Virus record (IMG/VR): IMGVR_UViG_3300045988_069160 | Location: 1-36,715 of that record | Origin: a virus | Length of the DNA: 36,715 nucleotides | Reading direction: 5' to 3' (one strand) | In this document: in pieces, positions 1 to 6,718 of the stretch | Position numbering within the stretch: position 1 is the first letter of the stretch | How the letters are laid out: each line of letters begins with the position of its first letter | Made by a program: the position numbers and the translations under genes | The notes under the pieces: model-generated | What the model was told of the DNA's origin: nothing | The model's input: the letters and a program-made list of their open reading frames with translations, nothing else | Databases searched by the model: none

Positions 1-119
1 AAGGAGTAAATCATGAGCACAAGAGCACTTGAAGATATTTGCGAGAAGCTCTGCCGTGAGCTTGATGAAATCGCAAAGAAACCCGAGCTCGGAGCGGGTG
101 ATCTGGATATCGTCCATAA
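1..119. repeat. Terminal direct repeat, copy 1 (identical to 36597..36715)
   Basis: AAGGAGTAAATCATGAGCAC...GATATCGTCCATAA at 1-119 is repeated base for base at 36597-36715. Confidence 0.95.
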
Positions 120-393
120 GCTGACCGACACCATGAAGAACATCTACAAGATAGAGATGTACGAAGAGGACGGAGGCTATAGCCGCGCGGGCGAATGGGA
201 AGCGGATATGCGCGGCCGTTACGGACGCGGCAGCAGCTACGCCCATCGTGGGCAGCACTATGTGCGTGGCCACTACAGCCGCACTGACGCTCGCGAGCGC
301 ATGCGTTCGCAAATGGAGGATATGATGCGGGACGCCGACGATGATCGCACTCGCGAGGCTATCCGCCGCTGCATGAACGAGCTCGACAGCTGA
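13..393 (+). CDS. Hypothetical protein with Arg/Gly/Tyr/His-rich low-complexity centre
   Basis: AAGGAG RBS at 1-6, ATG at 13, 126 aa. Helical N- and C-terminal parts flank GGYSRAGEWEADMRGRYGRGSSYAHRGQHYVRGHYSR. No family recognised. Confidence 0.75.
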   Translation: MSTRALEDICEKLCRELDEIAKKPELGAGDLDIVHKLTDTMKNIYKIEMYEEDGGYSRAGEWEADMRGRYGRGSSYAHRGQHYVRGHYSRTDARERMRSQMEDMMRDADDDRTREAIRRCMNELDS

Positions 394-408
394 CGGGAGG
401 GAGACCTT

Positions 409-765
409 ATGCTCGACAAGCAGGAGATTCGCAAGGAGATAGCCCGCCTCGAGTATGAGGAATCGAGCTACCCGAACTATGCCAAGCTCGCCGACCTGTA
501 CATAATCAGCGCTGAGATGGAGAAATCCAACGAAAGAATAGAGCCGCGCTATGAGCGGCTCTATTCGAGGGCAGCTGCCCCGGCTGGAATGCACATGCCG
601 CAGAACGCGGTCAACATAGATGCTGCGGACAGCGATTTCTTAAAAGCTGTGAGCGGGAAAGATGCGGGCGCGGTGTGGAAAATCATGGATGAACTCATGG
701 AAAGCCTGCATGTAATGCAGCCCCGCACCTATAGCGCGGTCATGCGGCAGCTCCGGGAGCTGTAG
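409..765 (+). CDS. Hypothetical protein
   Basis: GGGAGGGAG RBS lies 6 nt upstream of the ATG. 118 aa. It follows the previous gene by 15 nt. No motif recognised. Confidence 0.7.
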   Translation: MLDKQEIRKEIARLEYEESSYPNYAKLADLYIISAEMEKSNERIEPRYERLYSRAAAPAGMHMPQNAVNIDAADSDFLKAVSGKDAGAVWKIMDELMESLHVMQPRTYSAVMRQLREL

Positions 766-768
766 AAT

Positions 769-791
769 TGTAGGCTACGATGTAGGCTACG
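769..791 (+). promoter_or_regulatory. Tandem TGTAGGCTACG x2, candidate integrase arm-type sites (left arm of attP)
   Basis: TGTAGGCTACG occurs at 769-779 and 781-791. Related copies lie on the other side of the tRNA-like core (1020-1111). Confidence 0.4.
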
Positions 792-872
792 CAATGAAAC
801 GTGCCGAGCCGCGTTGTAATTTTTTAGCACTTTCACACCAAACTGGAAGCCCAAAAACAAAATGAAAACAAC

Positions 873-916
873 AAAAAAGATACCGAAAATCGCTATTTTT
901 AACGATTTTCGGTATC
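873..916 (-). terminator. Rho-independent terminator following the tRNA-like fragment
   Basis: Perfect 14-bp stem GATACCGAAAATCG (879-892) / CGATTTTCGGTATC (903-916). On the minus strand it is followed by TTTTTT (complement of 873-878) and sits 2 nt after the tRNA-like CCA end. Confidence 0.7.
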
Positions 917-918
917 TT

Positions 919-981
919 TGGCGCAGAAGGAGGGATTTGAACCCTCGCGTGCTTTTTAGACACCTACTCCCTTAGCAGGGG
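919..981 (-). other. 3' portion of a tRNA-Ser(GCU)-like gene = probable attP core
   Basis: Minus strand reads CCC-CTGCTAA-GGGAG (anticodon loop with GCT), then a long variable region, then GAGGG-TTCAAAT-CCCTC (T arm), CTTCTGC (acceptor 3' strand), G discriminator and CCA. No matching 5' acceptor strand (GCAGAAG) lies upstream, so it is a fragment rather than a gene. It sits next to the integrase gene. Confidence 0.7.
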
Positions 982-1019
982 CGAGAAACCCCTTGATTTT
1001 TCAGGCGTTTGCGGGATTC

Positions 1020-1111
1020 TGTAGGCTATTTTGTTAGCTACGCGAATACATTTTTCGGCACTTTACAGGCCATATTGAAACCGGGATTCCCCTGAATTTG
1101 TTAGCTACGCG
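1020..1111 (+). promoter_or_regulatory. Three further TGTAGGCTA / TGTTAGCTACGCG repeats, candidate arm-type sites (right arm of attP)
   Basis: TGTAGGCTA at 1020-1028, and TGTTAGCTACGCG at 1032-1044 and 1099-1111. Same family as the 769-791 repeats. They lie between the tRNA-like core and the integrase stop codon. Confidence 0.4.
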
Positions 1112-1137
1112 GGGAATTTTGACGGGCGATCTCGGCG

Positions 1138-2253
1138 TCACTCAGCGCCTTTGTCGAGGACGTTGATAGCGTTGTGGGCACTCTGCATGTCGGGATGGAT
1201 ATACCGCTGCGTCGTGGAGAACTTCGTGTGACGCATGATCTCTTGAATCAGGCTCGGCGCGGTCTTGGCCAGAGCAAGCGCTGTTGCCGTGGTATGCCGG
1301 CATGAATAAGGCGGCAGGTCACGAACCTTTGCCCGAGCGAGTGCGGCGTGGTACTCGGTATAGAAATTATCTGCGTTCATGCCGACGATATAGCCTTTTT
1401 GGCTTTTGACGTTGGAGAGAATATCCAGCACGAGCGGGCCGAGCCAGTCAGGATAAATCAGCGGCGTTTCTTTTCGCTTTTTGGTTTTTAGACCGCAGCC
1501 GATAATCTCGTGCGTATCGGTGTGGATCATGTCGGAGGTGCAGCGCAGCAGCTCTCCGGGCATCATGCCGCTATAAATCATCAGGAGCGGGAAAGCAACA
1601 AATTTGTCACCGCCGTCGTAAGCTTTCCACAGGGATTTTATCTCATCTTCGGTGAACGGCTTCTGTTCGGTCTCCTCCAGCGGCGGCAGCTCGATAAACT
1701 CGGCGAGATTCGTCCGCGCCTGCCCCTCAGCGACGGCACGTTTATATAGCTGCGAGAAAAGCGTTTTCATGTCCCGGGCAGGGTAAAACGTTTCGACCTG
1801 AGAATCGACGCAGCTTTGCAGATTGTTGATTGTCAAATCGAGCATGGGGACATTCTTCAGCGCCTCCATGCGTTTCCACGCGATATCATACGCACACTGC
1901 TTTGACTTCGACAGTGCGTTATAGGCGCTGGTAGACCACCCCTTGTAATAGTCGTTGAGCGTGGGGCGGTAAGCATCTTTTGCCTGAACCTCGACCGGAT
2001 TCGCGGCAAAGGCCAGCGCCGCTGTCTTGGACGGGAAGCCGCCTTTTGTGCTGCGCCGCTGGTGCAGATTCCCGGAGGCGTCCACGAACGTCTCACACGT
2101 CCACATGGCCGTCCACGTGCGCCCGCGTTTATATGCGGTCCCTTGGCCGTTGCCGCGCCCTCTGCGCGTTTGAGCGATCTCCTGCTTTGCACCGCAATAT
2201 AGGCAGTACGCGCTGATGTCAGGAATCTCCTTTTTACATTTCCGGCATTTCAT
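1138..2253 (-). CDS. int: Tyrosine recombinase / phage integrase with N-terminal zinc ribbon
   Basis: 371 aa. N-terminus reads CRKC...CLYCG. The C-terminal catalytic region contains YSCRHTTATALA and IMRHTKFSTTQRYIH (the R, HxxR and Y signature of tyrosine recombinases). Adjacent to the tRNA-fragment attP. Confidence 0.95.
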   Translation of the reverse strand: MKCRKCKKEIPDISAYCLYCGAKQEIAQTRRGRGNGQGTAYKRGRTWTAMWTCETFVDASGNLHQRRSTKGGFPSKTAALAFAANPVEVQAKDAYRPTLNDYYKGWSTSAYNALSKSKQCAYDIAWKRMEALKNVPMLDLTINNLQSCVDSQVETFYPARDMKTLFSQLYKRAVAEGQARTNLAEFIELPPLEETEQKPFTEDEIKSLWKAYDGGDKFVAFPLLMIYSGMMPGELLRCTSDMIHTDTHEIIGCGLKTKKRKETPLIYPDWLGPLVLDILSNVKSQKGYIVGMNADNFYTEYHAALARAKVRDLPPYSCRHTTATALALAKTAPSLIQEIMRHTKFSTTQRYIHPDMQSAHNAINVLDKGAE

Positions 2254-2272
2254 AGCATCACCCTATAACTAT

Positions 2273-2309
2273 GCCCCCGGTCGGGAGACTGGGGGCTGTT
2301 TTTATTTTT
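2273..2309. terminator. Hairpin plus T-run between the HTH gene and int
   Basis: GCCCCC (2273-2278) pairs with GGGGGC (2291-2296), followed on the + strand by TGTTTTTATTTTT. Orientation and function are ambiguous because both flanking genes are on the minus strand. Confidence 0.3.
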
Positions 2310-2874
2310 CCTTACGATTCCAGCTGAGATCACTCTTCACGGCGAGGGAAATGACAACCAGCGAGAGCAGGACGATGATTATAAACAAGATTGCAAAAGT
2401 GCTCGTTCTGGCACTCTTAAACAGACCGGCGGTCGTGACCGATGCGTCGAATATCATGTAGCCAATCAGCGCCATTGTCAGAATCACACACATGGCGATA
2501 AGCGCATATAGCATCGGCCGGTGCGAATAGAGCCGTTTGTCCTTCTCAACGTTTACCTCCGTCAAACGGCGAACGTCACCGGCCTGCTGGACATTTTCGA
2601 GTTCAAGCTCATGGATCTGCTCCGTCAGCTCCGCGACATCGGTGGAGCCTTTAATGCCAAACAGTTCATCCATTGATATACCCAGCACGCGGCAGACCGC
2701 CGCGAAGTTTAATAGCGCGTCCTGATTGTTGACATTCAGCTTCGTAATGAACGAGAGCGGGACGCCGGCCTTTTCAGCAAGTTCCTTTTGCGTCAGCCCC
2801 TTGGCGACGCGGGCGGCTTTGATTTTATATGGGTACTCCTTGATATACGATTCCAGTTCTTGAATAGCGGACAC
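2302..2874 (-). CDS. XRE-family HTH protein with coiled-coil linker and two C-terminal transmembrane segments
   Basis: GTG start with GGAGGCG RBS 7 nt upstream, 190 aa. HTH motif: GLTQKELAEKAGVPLSFITKL...VCRVLGISMDELF. Hydrophobic stretches: MLYALIAMCVILTMALIGYMIF and FAILFIIIVLLSLVVISLAV. Confidence 0.85.
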   Translation of the reverse strand: MSAIQELESYIKEYPYKIKAARVAKGLTQKELAEKAGVPLSFITKLNVNNQDALLNFAAVCRVLGISMDELFGIKGSTDVAELTEQIHELELENVQQAGDVRRLTEVNVEKDKRLYSHRPMLYALIAMCVILTMALIGYMIFDASVTTAGLFKSARTSTFAILFIIIVLLSLVVISLAVKSDLSWNRKEK

Positions 2875-3040
2875 AAATGAACGCCTCCGAAAAATAATTT
2901 ACCGAAAAAGAAAATAAACAAACTATGGTATTTGCTGCATGGGAAAGCGATTTTCCGATTCGGCGCTGGACATTATGGAGATTACCTGCTACCCTGTAAC
3001 CGTAGCAGATAGTCGGTTTACAAGGGAATATCTGTTACAA

Positions 3041-3071
3041 GTCCCGCCTCTGATTGCAGCAGGGGCGGGAC
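3041..3071 (-). terminator. Hairpin just downstream of the SAP-motif gene
   Basis: GTCCCGCC (3041-3048) pairs with GGCGGGAC (3064-3071) around a 15-nt loop. The T-run on the minus strand is weak. Confidence 0.35.
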
Positions 3072-3080
3072 ACCTTAGAA

Positions 3081-4175
3081 TCATTCAGGTGCTACAAACT
3101 TTTGAATATACAGAACTTCGCGAACCAAGCGACCGGCATTCGACATTTCGGGGATAATCTCCCACTCTCCCGTATCAAGATTATGCACACGCATTGAACG
3201 TGAATCCTGAGAGCGGTTATGCGGCATGGGCGAATCAGGGCAGCGCAATAAAGCCGTACATGCGACGTCGTACGAGCGAAAAGCGAGAGCGACATAAATC
3301 CCAGCAATATCAAGCCAAGAAAAATTGTTGCACGGTGCGGGGAAACCGGAAAGGCAATCTTTTATATATTCAAAAAGCTCACCTTGAGACTGAGCGTTAG
3401 CTGCGGCGACATCCTGAATATCAGTGACTACTGCGGGCGCAATAAGCGGCGAACGATCATTAAGATCGAGATACATGACTTCGGCAAGGTACACATGAGA
3501 TGTGTATGATAAGTGCCGCCGTTCTTGTTTGAGAAACTGATACATTGCGTAGCGAACTTGGCGATACTCTCGCCAAGCCCCACTGAGGGGAAGATAATAA
3601 CATCTGCGGTTGAATTCAGCCCACACTAAATCTCTCGCAGATACGTCCTTTTCTTTGGCAGAGAGAGCGTTCAGTTCATCAACAGATATGCCTGTCCAAG
3701 GATTCTTATAAGCAAAGACAACAGACTCGTTATCATCAAGCACCTTACGACCTTTTTCTGTGACTCGATATTTTCGCTCATCTACCGTCTGTTCCAAAGC
3801 ATCCACAGGGATTTGGGACACCGCAGAAAGAATATCCGCCTTTTTGCCCTTGACGGTTATACCGTTTTTTGCGGCGATGTCTTTTAGCTGCGCAACGGTG
3901 AACTTTGGCAGCATATCAAGTGCTGGGCAGAACTCGATGTATCCTCTCAACTCCAAGGAGCGCAACGCTTGATCCACATCGGATATGCCGAATTTGCGTT
4001 CCCACATTAGAGGATAACCGTTCTTTGGATTAGGGTACGAACCGTAAGTGCAGTATTCCAGCAGCATTATGTCTGAGTCCGGCAGAGTTGGCGCTGAAAC
4101 GGCCTCGGGCCCAGGCTCAGTTTTCTGGACGGGCAGGGGGACGGGCTTGCGTTTGAAGAAATCAAAAATTCCCAT
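3081..4175 (-). CDS. Hypothetical protein with SAP-like DNA-binding motif (accessory gene in the lysogeny module)
   Basis: 364 aa, GGAGGGAGG RBS. FTVAQLKDIAAKNGITVKGKKADILSAV matches the SAP helix-extended-helix pattern. The rest is unrecognised. The region is visibly lower in GC (sampled 60-nt lines give about 42-47%) than the phage backbone. Confidence 0.8.
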   Translation of the reverse strand: MGIFDFFKRKPVPLPVQKTEPGPEAVSAPTLPDSDIMLLEYCTYGSYPNPKNGYPLMWERKFGISDVDQALRSLELRGYIEFCPALDMLPKFTVAQLKDIAAKNGITVKGKKADILSAVSQIPVDALEQTVDERKYRVTEKGRKVLDDNESVVFAYKNPWTGISVDELNALSAKEKDVSARDLVWAEFNRRCYYLPLSGAWREYRQVRYAMYQFLKQERRHLSYTSHVYLAEVMYLDLNDRSPLIAPAVVTDIQDVAAANAQSQGELFEYIKDCLSGFPAPCNNFSWLDIAGIYVALAFRSYDVACTALLRCPDSPMPHNRSQDSRSMRVHNLDTGEWEIIPEMSNAGRLVREVLYIQKFVAPE

Positions 4176-4215
4176 AGTTCACACCTCCCTCCTGAGCAAG
4201 ATTCCATTCTTAAAT

Positions 4216-4254
4216 GTTAATAAAATATTAACACCGACAGCACTCAAAAGTCAA
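4216..4254 (-). promoter_or_regulatory. Candidate promoter with palindromic operator for the SAP-motif gene
   Basis: Minus strand reads TTGACT (4254-4249), 18 nt, TAATAT. The -10 lies inside the perfect palindrome GTTAATA-AAA-TATTAAC (4216-4232). Confidence 0.45.
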
Positions 4255-4337
4255 GTGCATTATCGTACCTATATTGCACTTTATATCATTTTTCGTCATA
4301 TTTAAGAATTTTGACATAAAAAGGAGAGGGGAACGAC

Positions 4338-4445
4338 TTGAACGAAAGCGAAAAAGAGCGGGAGATAGAGAAGATCGTCCGGCTGCTGCGAATGCTGGAC
4401 ATAAAAAAATTACAGAACCTTTATTACCTGGTTCTGTACATGTGA
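4338..4445 (+). CDS. Small hypothetical ORF (35 aa, TTG start)
   Basis: Not in the ORF track because it is under 60 aa. AAGGAGAGGGG RBS at 4321-4331, then TTG at 4338. Product: NESEKEREIEKIVRLLRMLDIKKLQNLYYLVLYM. It ends just before the hairpin at 4458. Confidence 0.35.
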   Translation: MNESEKEREIEKIVRLLRMLDIKKLQNLYYLVLYM

Positions 4446-4457
4446 GATAAGGCGAAA

Positions 4458-4500
4458 GCCCCGATGCGGTTTAATCCGCGTCGGGGCTTTTGTCGTTTTT
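4458..4500. terminator. Hairpin terminator between convergent genes
   Basis: GCCCCGATGCGG (4458-4469) pairs with CCGCGTCGGGGC (4476-4487), 12 bp including one G-U pair, followed by TTTTGTCGTTTTT. It overlaps the 3' end of the repressor gene. Confidence 0.6.
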
Positions 4501-4875
4501 GAGGTTCTCCTGATAGGCCTCGTAGGTGCGGCCGATGAAAGCAATGACGGTTTTCAGATCGTCGTTCGGCGTGGCCTTCAGTGCGTCAATGAAAGCGTTG
4601 ACTTCTGGGCTTGACTCACCGGCTGTGACGCTGGCCAGAAACACGGCGCGTTCCTGATCGGGAGTGAGCTGCATATACATTGAGCCCTCGCCGGTACGCA
4701 GCCACTCTTCACGGACGCGGAACTCGCGGCAAATCGAGCGGATGGTCTGATCACTCGGGTTAGACTTTCCGGATTCTATCGTACTACAGGACGAGGCAGT
4801 TATACCGATGCGCTCTCCGAATTTTTCAAGAGTCAGCCCCTCAGCCTTACGAAGCGCCCTTATACGGGTGTTCAT
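4471..4875 (-). CDS. CI-like repressor, XRE-family HTH
   Basis: The track ORF runs 4471-4884 from a GTG that abuts the AAGGGGG RBS. ATG at 4875 has better spacing (134 aa). HTH motif: LTLEKFGERIGITASSCSTIESGKSNPSDQTIRSICREF. The gene is divergent from the early operon. Confidence 0.9.
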   Translation of the reverse strand: MNTRIRALRKAEGLTLEKFGERIGITASSCSTIESGKSNPSDQTIRSICREFRVREEWLRTGEGSMYMQLTPDQERAVFLASVTAGESSPEVNAFIDALKATPNDDLKTVIAFIGRTYEAYQENLKNDKSPDAD

Positions 4876-4899
4876 CGGAATCACCCCCTTTCAACATGG

Positions 4900-4928
4900 A
4901 GTATAAGAGCTGCATCTAAAAATGTCAA
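4900..4928 (-). promoter_or_regulatory. Leftward promoter for the repressor gene
   Basis: Minus strand reads TTGACA (4928-4923), 17 nt, TATACT (4905-4900). Confidence 0.6.
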
Positions 4929-4978
4929 GAAAGAATTTAGATTATCCAACAAAAGGAGCTTGACTTTTTAGATAATCT
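4914..4978. promoter_or_regulatory. Three operator-like TTTAGAT copies
   Basis: TTTTTAGAT on the minus strand (4922-4914), inside the leftward promoter spacer. TTTAGATTATC at 4936-4946, between the two -35 boxes. TTTTTAGATAATC at 4965-4977, inside the rightward spacer, containing the palindrome AGATAATCT at 4970-4978. Confidence 0.5.
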
Positions 4979-4988
4979 GATTTATACT
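4960..4988 (+). promoter_or_regulatory. Rightward early promoter
   Basis: TTGACT (4960-4965), 17 nt, TATACT (4983-4988), upstream of the first + strand early gene. Confidence 0.65.
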
Positions 4989-5040
4989 TTGGACAGTCCA
5001 AAAAACAAATCAACTGCGAACACGAAAAGGAGACAAAACA

Positions 5041-5268
5041 ATGTGGTGTAAAGGAACTATCGTAGAATCTGGCGTCAAGTGTGAATACTGGGTGAAGCAC
5101 TACGAAGAGAAGAGCGAGGACTTCGGCCTGAACGGCGGCAGGATCAGCAAGCTGTCAGTCCGAATAGGCGACAGCTTCACCGCAAATTATGATCGCGGCT
5201 GGGACGTGTACCCCGAGGATGAAATCAGCAAGAAGGTCGTGGAGCAGCTCATAGCACGCTACAACTGA
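5041..5268 (+). CDS. Hypothetical immediate-early protein
   Basis: AAAGGAG RBS, 75 aa. It is the first gene after the early promoter. No HTH is evident. Confidence 0.75.
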   Translation: MWCKGTIVESGVKCEYWVKHYEEKSEDFGLNGGRISKLSVRIGDSFTANYDRGWDVYPEDEISKKVVEQLIARYN

Positions 5269-5295
5269 ACGGGAACGGCTTGAAAGGAGAGAGAA

Positions 5296-5583
5296 ATGAA
5301 AGAAGAAACCGCTTTGCAGATAATCCGCGCACAGATGGAGCGTTTGTCGAAATCAGCCGATTTGAGTGATGAATTGGAGCTGGGTTACATTAACAGGATG
5401 GTGAAGCTTGGGCGGTTGGCCAAGGCTTTGGACGGGGTAGTTATGCCGGAGTGGGCAGAAAGACACCTCGGCGAACTGGGGGGCCGACTTATTGAAATAT
5501 CGAGTAAAGAAATACTTCCCTCGGAGCGTCTGTGGAATGCCACCGATGCGATTATTGAAATTATAGAGGCGATATGCTTTTGA
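5296..5583 (+). CDS. Hypothetical protein
   Basis: AAAGGAGAG RBS, 95 aa, predicted helical. No motif recognised. Confidence 0.7.
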   Translation: MKEETALQIIRAQMERLSKSADLSDELELGYINRMVKLGRLAKALDGVVMPEWAERHLGELGGRLIEISSKEILPSERLWNATDAIIEIIEAICF

Positions 5584-5673
5584 CGCGTCGCCGGGCGGCA
5601 ATCCCCGCCCACCTTAATGCGGCCTTGCGCGAGAGCGCGAGCCGGTCACAAGCCCGGATAAACGCAGAGTGAG

Positions 5674-6021
5674 GACTAACGCGCAGGAAAAGAAAAAGAC
5701 GCCTGTGGTGGTTTCACAGGCATCTTTCCCCCGGCTTGTTTACCAGAGCTTTGTTGCATTGGATGTGCACAGCGGAGTTTCTTTACCGCGGCACGGGACG
5801 TGAGCTACCACGTCCGCATGAGCCAAGCGTTGAGCCGCCAACGCTTCTATGGCAACACCGTTCACTTGGGCAGCTCCGGACTGCCTACCCCATCGAGCAT
5901 CCCGCAGTTACTTTAGTCTGGAACTCAGGGGCAAAAACAGTGCTTCGCACAAGGCGCTGCACAGCAATCACTCCTTTCGTGATGGGATGTGCCAATAGTA
6001 ACACCGGGCTGCGCGTTAGTC
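5674..6021. repeat. Perfect 13-bp inverted repeat pair bracketing a 322-bp noncoding segment
   Basis: GACTAACGCGCAG at 5674-5686 is the exact reverse complement of CTGCGCGTTAGTC at 6009-6021. The interval has no credible ORF. Confidence 0.9.
5687..5723 (-). terminator. Intrinsic terminator facing leftward inside the inverted-repeat-bounded segment
   Basis: Stem GCCTGTG (5701-5707) / CACAGGC (5715-5721), extendable to 9 bp. On the minus strand it is followed by GTCTTTTTCTTTTC (complement of 5687-5700). On the + strand the tail is only ATCTTTCCCCC. Confidence 0.55.
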
Positions 6022-6069
6022 AATTCTTGTTAATAAAGCCCTGCTGGGCGTGAATGGAGGTAAACGACA

Positions 6070-6222
6070 ATGAGTGAAGAGATGAAGAAAGAACTTGAAG
6101 AGGCGATAGAGCAGCTCAGACAGCTGCCGCCGGAGAAGCAGAACATGTGCACGGGCTTTGTGCTCGGCGTCAACGCCACGGCGGCGCTCAAGGCCACCCA
6201 GCCCGCGCCGCAGGACAAGTGA
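6070..6222 (+). CDS. Small hypothetical protein (50 aa)
   Basis: Not in the track because it is under 60 aa. GGAGG RBS at 6056-6060, ATG at 6070. Product: MSEEMKKELEEAIEQLRQLPPEKQNMCTGFVLGVNATAALKATQPAPQDK. Its stop overlaps the RBS of the next gene. Confidence 0.55.
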   Translation: MSEEMKKELEEAIEQLRQLPPEKQNMCTGFVLGVNATAALKATQPAPQDK

Positions 6223-6233
6223 GGAGGCAGAAT

Positions 6234-6467
6234 GTGACATCCTCAGAAGCTCGCGATTGGCTTGAATCGCTGGACTGCATTGACCTCACACCGGAGCAGG
6301 CCGCGAAGGCGCTCAACTGCAACCCGCACGCGATCAGGCTGCAGGCACATGACGCTCCGGAGAAGCTCGGGTATCGCGTCTCAGTTACAAACCGCACCGT
6401 CAGGATTCCACGCCGGCCTTTTATAGAGTTCTGGTGGGGGTCTGCGGAGAATAAGCCGTCGGCATGA
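6234..6467 (+). CDS. Excisionase-type (MerR-like) HTH DNA-binding protein, candidate Xis or early regulator
   Basis: GTG at 6234 with GAGGAGG RBS 6 nt upstream; the track ORF starts earlier, at 6147. 77 aa. LTPEQAAKALNCNPHAIRLQA...RTVRIPRRPFIEFW fits the excisionase-family HTH pattern. Confidence 0.6.
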   Translation: MTSSEARDWLESLDCIDLTPEQAAKALNCNPHAIRLQAHDAPEKLGYRVSVTNRTVRIPRRPFIEFWWGSAENKPSA

Positions 6468-6496
6468 CCGCGGCAGAAATCAAGGGGGAGAAAACA

Positions 6497-6718
6497 ATGG
6501 ACAAGCTTACAGCTGCAGAGACACAGTTCCGACAGATGGGCCTTCGCGATCTGGAGAAGTGCGCGGCAGAAGCCGAACACCTCATAACCAAGCGCACGGA
6601 GGAGATGTTTGAGCTTGCGAACGAGATTCGACAGCTCGACTATGAAGCTTTCCAGAGGATCAGCACCGCTGTCAATGCGGAGTTGGCCGGGAGGAAAGGA
6701 GCCACAGAAGATGGATAA
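6497..6718 (+). CDS. Hypothetical coiled-coil protein
   Basis: ATG at 6497 follows an AAGGGGGAG RBS. 73 aa. Confidence 0.6.
   Translation: MDKLTAAETQFRQMGLRDLEKCAAEAEHLITKRTEEMFELANEIRQLDYEAFQRISTAVNAELAGRKGATEDG

Noticed and set aside
919-1015. A possible complete tRNA gene on the minus strand.
   Set aside because: Only the anticodon arm, variable region, T arm and acceptor 3' strand are present. The required 5' acceptor strand (GCAGAAG) and D arm are absent from the ~40 nt upstream. It is interpreted as an attP tRNA fragment.
1510-2216. Small + and minus-strand ORFs nested in the integrase gene (1510-1749, 1857-2192 and 1980-2216).
   Set aside because: They lie entirely within the well-supported integrase ORF, have Arg/Pro-rich translations and lack an RBS.
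5736-6053. A 105-aa + strand ORF inside the noncoding gap.
   Set aside because: It has a TTG start with no RBS and a W/C/R-rich, unprotein-like translation. It spans several perfect hairpins. The region is better explained as noncoding.
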